Shown here in pieces: positions 48,401 through 60,400 of a DNA stretch of 64,000 nucleotides; position 1 is the stretch's first letter, and each line of letters begins with the position of its first letter. The notes below the pieces were generated by a model. That model saw only the letters and a list, made by a program, of their open reading frames with translations. It was not told where the DNA came from and did not search any database. The DNA is from Harriotta raleighana. Lineage: Eukaryota. The position numbers and the translations under genes are program-made. The stretch is taken from assembly GCA_050575255.1 (NCBI GenBank), contig JBNZDD010013732.1:10838394-10902393 (forward strand). The letters are read 5' to 3'.

Positions 48401-51400
48401 GTAGGAAACAAGGGTTAACGTTATCTGAATAATGAGTAACTATTTGCTCTTGTTACCTGGATTACAGTTTCTATATGTTATGGACACACTGCATGAGTTA
48501 TTGGGATATTGAAACTTTAGTAACATAGGACTGGGATTTGGAAGAGATTGGAATGGTTACAATCACAGGACAAACTCTATTGTGTTAGGACAGGAACACC
48601 AATAGGGGCACCATAACTCACCACCACTTAATTCAGTGCCATTCGAAATAGCTGCATAAGTCTCATTGATTGCATCCACTGAAAAAACAAAAGAATATCA
48701 ACATGCTGAGGAGTGTTCCCAGGAGGTGAAAAAGGGGTGGAAAGTCGGCAGAAAACATTAAGAGAGCAAACCAAAAAGGAATGCAACTTCCAAAATGATT
48801 CCAACGAGTCTTAAAGAATGGTTACCTAGAGGGTTTGTTACAATTCACATGGTGAATGTCCTTTTTTTGGGGGGTGGGGGGGTGGAGGAGAGAGGGGCAG
48901 GGACGGGTGGGGGGGAAAGAAAGAGGATTCAAAAATATATATGTTTTGTATTCTAAACATTAAGCAGGGTAGCCTTAGAGCTGAACTGGCTCCAACATCA
49001 CATGCTTATCAATGGAATCTCGGAATCAAGTCAACCCTCTGTGGCAATCTTGGTAATCTAATTCCTGGTTATCTAGCTCCAATGAGCTAGGGAGATCCGC
49101 AGCACCTCAGGGCCCAGCCTGTCCTGGCTCATCAGTAGGACTTGGAAAGGCAGACCAGTAAGTGGGTACACAGATCCTTCCACTCATTAACTATGCAAGC
49201 CAAAGCCCGAATGGGTTGGGTGGTTTTAAATTGGTTAAACTCCAGCAGTACATCAACACACACTGATGGGTTTCCAAGGCTTACTCTTGCTAATCTATGC
49301 CTAATACTGTCCAGAATTGAGTAAGCAGGAATTGTCCCTCCAAGGTGAGTGCATACATTCCATTCTACACACGGTAATTTCCAAACTAGAGTCAGTTTGG
49401 TTTTGGTACGCTTAAAAATGCTGATGGATTTCCACATATATCAGCCACCCATTTAACAAAAAGAAAGCCTCACAAAACTTGTGCGATTTGATTTCATCAA
49501 CGCAATAAAACTGCGCACTGGTTGATCTCAGTTCACAACATGTTGGTTTTTAAACTCTTTTGAAGCAGGGATATTTGATTCACAATTTTTATCAGATGTA
49601 TACTGAACTGAGGCAGCCGTTCCTTCCTCACAAACACAGGGAGCAACCGAGAACTTTTAGAGTAATGCTTGTTGAGCTGACATTAGGAACTGTCTAGACT
49701 AAAGCATCACCACAAAAGATGGGGTCTGGGCTTCACCGAAGCAGATAAGACTGGATTCACTTGATGCCAAAGCAAAGTAAAAAGGCAATGGTACCCACCA
49801 GAATAGGGGAAATGGTTTCTTTTAGGTCAATGCTTTTTTGCACTTTGTGGGGTCAAGTCTTTATTGTGATAATCTATTAGTTTTGTTTTAATAAAAGTAA
49901 TGTTTTAACTTCACAAAGAAAATGCAGAAATTCTGCCAGGCAAACAAATACAAAGAGCAAGACTGACATTAATGTGTCGACTTCACCCCTTTATTCACAC
50001 CTGTCGTGACGTAGCCACAATGTACAAGTACAAATGTAATTGTGCAACACTCACATGGCAAGATATCATGTGTGGCCCTCATCTGAATTTGGATGTTGTC
50101 ACCCAATACACACAATACTAGTGGCTCTACCGTCAAGCGGGGGACAAATTGGAAAATGATGCAGCATTGATAATTGGGAATATGATAACACTGTAACATT
50201 ACTGGTGTTCTGTCTGTCTGGTTAATTTTACTGAATACTAAAGCCCAACAACTTCTAAAAATGGCTCATATTTCCCAACATCTCTCATGCTGCTCTGCAA
50301 ATGCATGGAACAAATATGCCTATTTTTTCAACTAGCTTGAACAGGGCGATGCCCCCCCATTGTTTGTGCACATGAACAGAATGCTCTGAACCTCCCGCCC
50401 CAGAAAGCAGCACCCTTTATATATCCTCTAAGACAACTGTAGATGGGATGGTATCACTTACTTGTTAACACCCTGACAGAAATTGGCTGCTTCTGTTGGA
50501 TGGTTTGAGTATGGTTAAATCTGGCGTAGCAGATATAGTCATTCCGACTGTCATTTGGTAGGACATTCGAAAAATAAAGATCTCCGTTCAATCCCTGCGA
50601 CACCCTTTCATTTTGTGGAAATCTCCGCATCACTGAAAAATTAACAGAAAAGCATTAACAAATGCAAACATGAAAATGAACACATGGATGTTTGATGATT
50701 GTAATAAATAGTCATCTATCCTGTTATCTTTTTATAACGGGACTGCACCCAATGCGAACAATGAGTGTTAAATTCCATACTGAGGCAATGTTGCCCATTA
50801 ATGCTTGAAGAGCCCTGGCTTGTCTAATCATTGCTCATCATAGCTCATTCTGCTATCACTCCTTTCTTCTGCCTCTAAACATCTGCAGCATCCCCTTATC
50901 TTGTCATGACCAGACCTGTATACAATATTCTTGGAGCGTCCTGACCGGGCCACTTGATTTTGATGTCCTGGAATCTAAACTCAACTGATTTGGCAATGTA
51001 GCCCAGCATCCTGTTTGCCTTATTAATTCTTGCCTCAAACTGCTTTGACATTGTGAACAACAAGTCAACTAACACCACTAGATCTCTTCCAGCTACCCCT
51101 TTGGCAAGTTCTGCCCTATTTGTGGAATACATGTGTTCATTACCACTATAGTTTGTGTGCATAACCTATCAAGCTCTTTTTGTAAGACCGTTGCCTTTGA
51201 TTCCAGTTTCTATTTTGTCCTGCCGGGAATCAAACCCAGGTCTCTTGCTTGGGAAGCGAGTGCTTCAGTAAGCTACAGATGTCTCTAATTCAGAGGAAAT
51301 GGCTCTGCTCCATCATCAACTTCATAGAATAAAACTATGTTGCAAATAGCATAAATTTCCACACTAGTTCAGAGATTTTTACCAAAACAAATAGCAAAGA

Positions 51401-54400
51401 AAGTGAGAGAGTCTTGCTCCAAGCATTGATGATCCTCCCTTTGATAAATTGTATCCAAAAATACCAACCTCGTCCCTGGATCTTTAACCTCTAACGAATC
51501 AAGCAATCAGATTTCTCTTTGAAAATGACCAAGACATACCCTCAGAAACCTTTGTGGGGTACTTACAGCTATCCATCCAGAAAATGATAGGTGGTGGCAA
51601 GCCAGCTGGAGGGTCACAGCGGAGGACTAGAGCAACACCTTCCTGGACTAAAATTGGTTCTATTTTTTCTTTTGCCCACATGGGGGACCCTATGTGCAAG
51701 CAGAACACAGAGCACGTTATAAAACATTGGAACGCAGGAATGGACACAATATCTGTTTAGCCAGTAGGGAAGTTTAAACCGTGAACTTTAGCACTGAACA
51801 ATGTATCAACTGGGGCAAAGGGATAGAGTTGTTTTTCAAACTGTGGAAACTTGTGACAGACCAATACAACTTTGGCACTGATCAAGTGGGATTGAGCTGC
51901 ACAGGTTACCTGCAAATTGGCAGCTGTCCTGGCATCCGCGAAAGACTGCAAAACGTCAATAGAACCTTTTGACTCACAAGTACTTGTTTTAATCTGGTTT
52001 CTCGTCCGGGTTCGGTGTTTTCAAGCCAGATTTCCCCTCCATTCTTTTCCCCATTCAAATATCTGGGGATTGCCAGCAGACATTGGGAAAATTGGGGACT
52101 CTAAATTACTTCATTACTGGTTCTTAAAAAGCTTTAAAACAGTGGTTTCATAGTCAGAGTCCTGGAGCAGAACCAGATTGTTCCAGCAATTGTGCACCAG
52201 AACACAGTGCATTTTTGTACCAGTCTGTCAACTGGGAAAAAGGCAAACGGATTCCGAAAAATAAAATGCATCTTTCATAGAACTGTGTTACTGGTCGTCT
52301 ATTTCATTCATTGTCAAATAACAAGTGGGAAACAGTTCTGCTGGGGAATCAATGTCTCAAACATCTAAAAGGAAAAAAGGAGTCAGGGAAGGAAGAAAGG
52401 AACCAAGTCATGCAAACGTACAACCAACCAACCGGCAGCTAGTCACCTTGCAGCAAGATGAATTTGATGATTAAAAAGATGTCTTTAATTGGAGTGAAAA
52501 AAAAAGAAAAGCATTCATTAAATTGGCAGAATTCAACCAACAAGAATTATCTGAAGATAAAGCTGGACCAAACCCATTTCAAAGCTTTTCATATAGAATT
52601 GCTGTCAATTGTGGTGACTTTCCATTTGGAGGCAAATGTGTGGCAACCAATTTGTGCACCACAAGGGTTGGTCCACAAAGAGCCAAATTGATCAATTTGT
52701 GGAGGACTGATGGGCCTGCGTATTGGCAGAAACTACCCTTCCCTTTTCAAATAAAATTGTGGGATCTTGAATGTCTTGATCAAGCAGATGGGACCTTGGT
52801 TTAATGTCTCTTCTGAGAGCTGGCACATCCGACAATGTGAGGCTCCTCCAGTACTGCAGTGAGCTGTCAGCCTAGATTGTGAGCTCAAAGTCCTGACACA
52901 GGCTAGGCCACAATTTTTTACCCAGGAAGCAACAGTGGTACTAACTGAGCCAGACTAACGCAAGCTAAGGAAGAAGTGGTACTTTTCACTGAATTAACAT
53001 ATCTCACAAACAGACACAACAAGAGATTTCAACCCCGGATGTGCTAGACGTTTGCAGCTAGCCACAGGCAATCTGTGGGTGGTCCCCAGTGATATTTAAA
53101 GCTATTTTGGGTCTATGTGGACATCAGTGCATCACTCAGAAGAGTAATGATCAACAAAGTTAGAACACAACACAGACTTCTTCAAAAAACGTATATCCTG
53201 TTGTTTTGTTCAGAGATTGCTAAATGTGGGTGAGAAGGGAAACTCAACCAAGTAGTGATGAATCACATCTGAATCTCTCTGCTCCATGATGACACATGAA
53301 TATTGCATTGAACCAATTCTGCTGGTGACCACTTGCCAGGGAGCCAAAACAAATGCTAAAGAAAGGCCGTCTGAATTCAGCATCAATTGTTTTCTTATTA
53401 AATAATGTGTTGTGGGTACTCCTGTGCTTATGTTCCCTTAATATTCTATCAGGCAAGGTAAAATCAGAAACATTTACGGAGCAAAGAGCAATCCCATTTA
53501 TTTGCCTTTCCCCCTACAACCTTACAATAATAAAAATAACAGAGATTTAGAAAAGTCCCTTTCAAGTCAGGAAGATGTCTCTAAACACTTCACAGGAAGT
53601 ACTGTAAAGTGGAGAGTGGGCTGAATGTTGCAGGCAAATGTGGCAGCCAATTTGTGCACAGCATGAATCCACAAATAACCATGAAATGAATAATCAAATT
53701 AATCTAGATGATGGTTATCTAGGACCCCAGGAGAAACTCCTTTCTCTTTTTGAATAGTACCATGAGATCTTTAAGATCCACTTGCAGAAGCAAGAAAAGG
53801 CCCATTAGTTGGATCTCATCTAAAGGACAGCACCACCAGCACTTAAATATAGTGAACCCTCAACACTTCATTGGGAGTGTCAGCCGAGAACATAAGAGTT
53901 CCTTGACCTGGCGTGGGGCTGGAACCTACAAAGATCTGTCTCAAAAGCGAGAGTGCTACCAATTGAGCCAGGCAGACACTCAAAATCACTACAGGTTGTA
54001 AAGTGCAAAATCACTATTTGGCAAAGTAGCATCAGGAAGTGGGTTTGTACTCACTGGATTGGCGGATGACAATCTTGTTAGAGACTGCTGTGCCCCGGTC
54101 ATTTCTTGCTGTACACTGATACTCTCCTTCATAGGCATCTGCCTTCCCTCCGCCGACAATGTCAATCACCAGAGTCCCCGAATTTGGTTTCATTGTCACA
54201 CTGGAATCTCTGTCAATATCAAAATGAGTTCCATTGCGAGTCCACGAAAAGCTGCAGAGGAAGAACACAGAGATTGTTTCAGGCCAAAATGTAGTCATGC
54301 TGGAACAACCTCGCAACGCACACAGTACTGCAGCCATGGGCCCCATGTGCAGCATCACACATTGTGCGGAACAGAGGTAGATGCTGCAGTCAGATTACAG

Positions 54401-57400
54401 GATTGCTTCCTTATATGCTGCTGCAATACCTGCCTGACAACTGCAGTTAGATCCTATTCAGAACCATCTGTGTTCAGGTGGAGCACCAAACGTCTGGCCA
54501 ATAACATATCCCAGTGGTAGACAACTTTTCAAGTTGGCCAACCAAATGCATTTTTCTTGATAATAATAATAATCCTTTGATAATCAAATAATAAGCATCT
54601 GATATCGTGCTTATTATGTGTTCTAGTCATCTCAAAACACTTCTCAGAATGTACTGTAAAGTAAATTGACTGTATATTTGTGGGCGAAATGCGGCAGCCA
54701 ATTGCGCACAATTTATAAATGATTAATTTATTATAATAGTTTGATGGATTATTATTATTGGATGTGTGGAGTAAGGAAACTTGCCCAAGTTTTCGCCCTG
54801 TCCTGTCTGGATTCGAAACACAGATTATTAGGCTTGTAAGGCAAGTTTTCTAACCACTGAGCTATATGACTCTGTGCTTGATTTATAGGCCACATCATAG
54901 ATAATGCTACACAGTAACTACTCAAAACAAAATACTGATTTAACATAGACTCGCGTAGACTATTGCGAATGTTTAACCGGCTATTTCTTGACTTCCACAG
55001 TGGGCCACTTTTGGTCTGCGGGCTATGGGTTGGCCACCATTGCCTTACATAGTTGTTTGATGGGGGTGGAGGGAGATGGATACAAGCCAGAGACAGTAAT
55101 ACATGATGTGGCTGGAAGGTGACAGGAAAAAAAGGCTCTAAAAGATGCAGGGATTGTGTGAGAGTTACAAACTGCTTTCACTCACTCTCTTCTCAGGTCA
55201 CAACAAATTTATTTTGGGAGCGAAAGGATGTAGAAAGCAACAAATTCTCAGAAGCTCTCAGGGACTGGAATAGAAAGCTGCTCAGCTTGCTCAATGTGGT
55301 GTTGACTCAACACATTTTCTCATGTTTTGGAGGCCATTTTTTTTCCTCAGAGAATTTCAAGGCTCATAAATGTTATGGTACCTCTTACTCATCCATATGC
55401 CCAAAACCACAAGATTGATTCAGAAAAATAAGATGGTCTGGTCCATTTGATCTCATCTTTCTGAATACCCACTCGCCTGCCCTATCAAGATAGCTTGAAG
55501 CTTTTTCTTAAATTAGTCCAAACGTCTGGCTTCAACCACACTGCCGTACTTTGCGCTTTCCCTTTGTTTCCGCCAATGTGTTCTTTACTTTTCTGTGCAG
55601 AACCTCAGTCCACTCCTCTTCACCTTCTCTGCACACCATCTTGGTAACATCACCTGATAATTCCACTTCCACTTCAATGCAAATGACAAAGTATATTTCT
55701 CACAAGTTAGATCAGCCATGATCTTATTAAATGGCACAGCAGGCTCATGGGGCCAAATGACCTACTCCTGCTCCTATTTCTTATGTTCCTATTTTCCCTC
55801 TATCTCTGTCTTCTGATTCCAGGATCACTCCTGTTTTGCCTGATTGCCTGTCAGATATCAAATCCTGAATGAGCTTTTACTGCATTCCGTTAAACGCAGA
55901 CAAGACTAAGACTCTCCTGCTTGGCTCTCATCAGTGTCTTCTCATGTCAGGTGCTTGCCCGATAACCTGCAAGTTAATCTCTTTCCAGCTCACAGAGTCG
56001 GTCACAGAGCCTCAATGTCTTGCTCGATCTCCAAATGTCTTTCAAGTCCAACAGCCATGCTCTTGTGAGCCCTGTTTTCCCTCACTTCTTCAACATTGTT
56101 TGCAGTACTCTGTCTCTCATCACCACATCATGTGCTTCACAAGAAAAGCTAAAGGGCTGTGCCTTGGGTGTTTTGTGGGCTGACATGGCAATGATCTCCA
56201 AACAGTGAAGTGAATCAGCAATTGTATTTGGGGAGGGGAATTGTTGACCAGGATAACATGAGAAATTCCTTCTCTTTTTGAATAGTACCATAGGATCTTT
56301 ACCAAACAGACGGGGACGACGACAGATGGACGTTTGAGGGTGGATGGGGGATGCAAGTATAGTAACAACAGCTTCATATATTGGACAGCAAATGTGAAAA
56401 AGGATACTGCAGAAGAGGGTCATAAAAAGTTGGATGGATACATTCAAATATTCTCAAAAACACCACATGTATTGAAGCGATTTTCGAACACCAGCTGTTG
56501 ACCAGGACTGTGCGAGCCCATTAGCTGGGTCTCAGCATCTGTTGCTGATACTCTTAAGGTGATTAATGAGAGTGAGAATCAATACAGACCTGGGGGGCGG
56601 CTTTCCTTTCGCCTCACACTGGATGATGATGTTATCCCTGGGGTCTATTACGTAATCTTTTGGAGACTGGCGGGTGATAGTAGGAGGCTGTGACACTGGA
56701 GAGAAAAGAAAATTGGAGAGGGAAGAAAATGAGGTGGAGAAGATAACCCAAATGATACTCGCTTGACATTAACTCAGAGGAGATAGTGAAAGAAAAACAA
56801 CCGATAAAGATACCAACATGCCAACTTGCCAGTCATCAGCCGGAAGCATCGGAGCTGCATGCAGATTCTATGCTGCTTAGTAGCTCAGGAGAAACTTTGG
56901 TGAAGGCACTTTCCATCAACAGGTTCTTTCTCTGCCACTGTCAGTGCACGTGAACTCACCTCTGTAACTCACCTCTCATTTGGGAGATCTCCTTTCGGAA
57001 CTCCCAGCTGAATGGATCAGGCACCAGTTTCTGATTTCATTATCAATCAAATAACAACAAGAGTTCAGGCCTCTTGACTTAATGGATTTGGGCTTTGTCA
57101 AGCAAGCTGTATATTGGCTTCATGAATCCCCATAGCATCCAATTACTCCCAAGAATTTTTTTTGAGAAGATATTCTGATTTACCCCAGTCGCAGAAAGTT
57201 TGTGACGCAAAATTGAAGTAGGGCACATGTCCATAGATTATTGAGCAACAGAAGCAGCGTTTATCTCCAGCCCAAATCACGGGCATTTAAAAAAAATTCA
57301 CACAAGCACAGCAAAACCAACTCATGCACATGCAAAAAAATCACACACAGAATCCCGCAAAGTGAAAGTGTCTCAAACAGCAAACACTATGGGATGTTAA

Positions 57401-60400
57401 AAACAATCACAAAAAAAAGGACTTTTCACCAAACACATTGTGCAACAGGAACTTACGTTCTTGCAGAATTTTTGCTTTATTCCCCAGAATCAGCAAATGA
57501 CAGGGTCAATGAGATAAAATTAAAGAAAAAAAACAGAGTAAGTTTGAACAATGTCACTGCCTTTCATTTAAATTAGACGATATGCCATTTCTCTTTGTAC
57601 TCAACCCCCTTCCATGATCACCAATGTGTCAAAATGAAGAGTGGGACTGAAGGATTTGTGATGACGTAGAGTTCCTCTGTGTATGGACAGCAAAAGAATA
57701 AATGGAAGACAGAGTACTGGGCACGACAATGGAGCCCTTGTTGCTGATCCCAATGTGCCAACGGACATGGAGAATACTCACAAAAACTTATCCAGAAAGG
57801 TCAAAAACAGGAAATCAGAGGCAAAGAGACAGCTGAGAGTAAGGAGACAAAACAATGGAGAATAATGTAGGCGTGAAGGGATCAAAGGTTATCTGATAGT
57901 CAGGACTGAATTACTCATTAATGCAAATGGTTATATTACTCTGCCAATTTTCCATTGTGTAAATTATTTCTTGCCTGCTTTATTATCTCTCTTCTTAGGT
58001 GCTGAAAGACTCATTCCAACTTTTGCTTAATTGGAGGCAGCGACACATTTCGTTATAACAGACAGTGGGCTCAACACTTCACGTATCAGTTTGTCTCTGT
58101 TTTCAGCACTCTTGTCAATGGATCGCAAGAGCATGGGTTTGATTCCCACACCAATTTTGCTGGGTGTGTTGAATTGATTGGGTTGATATTTGGATTAGAT
58201 GTTTTCCTTGAACTAATATTTCAGGTGGGAGCTAAACATATTCCATGCCAGGCATGTGAAAAGGAACAGTGGTTCTCCCAGAGTCTTAGCAAACTTTCCT
58301 CCCTCATCTAAATCCATCTTCCTGTCACATTTGTCCTCAACGGAATGTTTACTGGCACAGATAAGCTGCCGTATTGACTCGAAAGGCAATCCCTGGACTT
58401 CACAAGATGAACTGTTTAAGGAGTCTTGATGTGACAAGAAAGAAACAATTTTCATTTTTATAGCGCCTTATAATTGAAATGTCTCATAAGATTTTACAAT
58501 AAGTATGTGTCAAGTGTGCTGCCATTTGGAAACAAACCAATTTCTACAGAGCCGTGACCTACAAACAGCCATTAAATGTACAACTAATTTTATCTGGAGA
58601 TTTACTGCCCAAGACATTGGGAGAAACTCCCTTCTCTTTTCCACCTGTGTCATAAGATCTCCAACATTCACCTGAACAGACCTTGGAAACACATCTAATT
58701 TGAAAGACAGCATTTATGACATTGCAGAGCTCCTTAAGCAGCAGTCTGGGCTGTGAGCTGATAGTACTAACATGGGACTTAAACCCACAATTTTCTGACC
58801 TAGAGGCAAGAGTGCTACCAACTGAGGCAAGTTGACACCTTTGACTAGGCTCCAGATCAAATTAAAGATTACTGTTATGATAATAATATCCACAGAAAAT
58901 AAATTGCGTTCTGTTTGCAAATGAAAGGCTACAAATGTATTCACTTTTGCTACTAATTTACGTGTTTTGCTTTGGTTGCCAGTTACCCCACAGCCTCTGA
59001 AGCAACGTTCTTAGGACAAAAGAAAACTCCACGTAGTTCATTCAAAAATGATTAAAATTATTCATCATACAACTGGCCATGGACCCCAGGAAATTGTCCA
59101 AACATCTTTTAAGTTAAACAAACTCAGCCAGGATGATGAATCTTCTTGTTTTATGCATTAGGAGAAATTGTCCAGCTTTCTTTTGAGCAAGACCATGAGC
59201 ACCAAAAAAGACTCAGGCGATCAGATCACCTGTCCCTTTTCTCTCCTTCAAAACTATCAATTTGTCCCCACTGATTTCGGATCATCTCTCAGTACCTACA
59301 CTTCCAAGTGGTAACATGCAGACCAAGTCATTGCTCAACGTAGTCAAAGAGCTGCAGAACAGAAACCGGCCATTCGGCCCATTTAGTATTCACTGGTATT
59401 TGGTTTCTGCCTGATTCAGTACTATACGTCTCTCATGCTCGCTCCCCATAAGGTCCATCTCCAGTTATATTTCCCCTTTATTATATTATTAACATTATAT
59501 ATTAGAAGATTATATTTATGATGCTTACTATTTTCAAGGTTTTTTTAAATCGGTATTTATATACTTTTAAAATGTAAGCAAACACGTATATTCTTTTTAA
59601 TATCGCATTTTTTAGTTACAAGGTTGTTTGCTTTAATGACTAGCTTAGGGCCCCTGAGAGAGTACAAGTGCCAATTAGCATTAGCAAAAGTAAAGATATA
59701 TTCGGTTGACCCTGGCTGAAGACAAGTCTGATAACTTTCCTTTGTTCGATACCTGGGTCGATTTCATACTCCCATCTAAGATTTTAGTAATCATGTCCTT
59801 GAGCATAGATGTGAAAACAAGAGAATCAGAGGAGAAAATTGTTTATTATCTGCTTATCTCAAGACAAAACAACAGAGAGATGTTGAAATCCTCCCAAAAA
59901 GCGGTCTATCTCTCTTTCTCCCTATCAGTTCTTCATGGGAGAAGAGCCTGCTAAAGATTGTTAGCAGCCTGTGAAGGGTGGGTGTTATCTCTGTGACAAA
60001 ATGAGATGGAGTTAGAAATACCTAAGAGAAAGATGTAACTTTGGAATAGTTGGAATTATTGTAGGAAGAACACCTGGTGGTCAGCGGCTTCCCTAATGGA
60101 ATCGGGTACTATTGGTTTCATTGAATCTTATTGCTTTAATGCAATTTAACAATATAATAATTGTATGTGTTAAAGCATTAACCTTTGAATTTTATATGAT
60201 AATAAAAGATTTGTAATTCACACCACCTATATTGGGTAAAGTCGCTTTCTCGCAAAGCGACTTTGCGAGACCCCTGCAAACCACCCCTGGGGTGCCATTC
60301 CCAGCTCGCATCACAAGGCTGAACTCCCAACCTGAAAGATGCTGTATCAATGTAAATTGATATTGTATCGTACGCAGTTTTAACATTCCTCCTCCTCAAT

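Noticed and set aside
60238-60271. Overlapping short palindromes (tctcgcaaag-cga-ctttgcgaga)
   Set aside because: An isolated hairpin, probably a DNA-transposon remnant; nothing supports an RNA gene.
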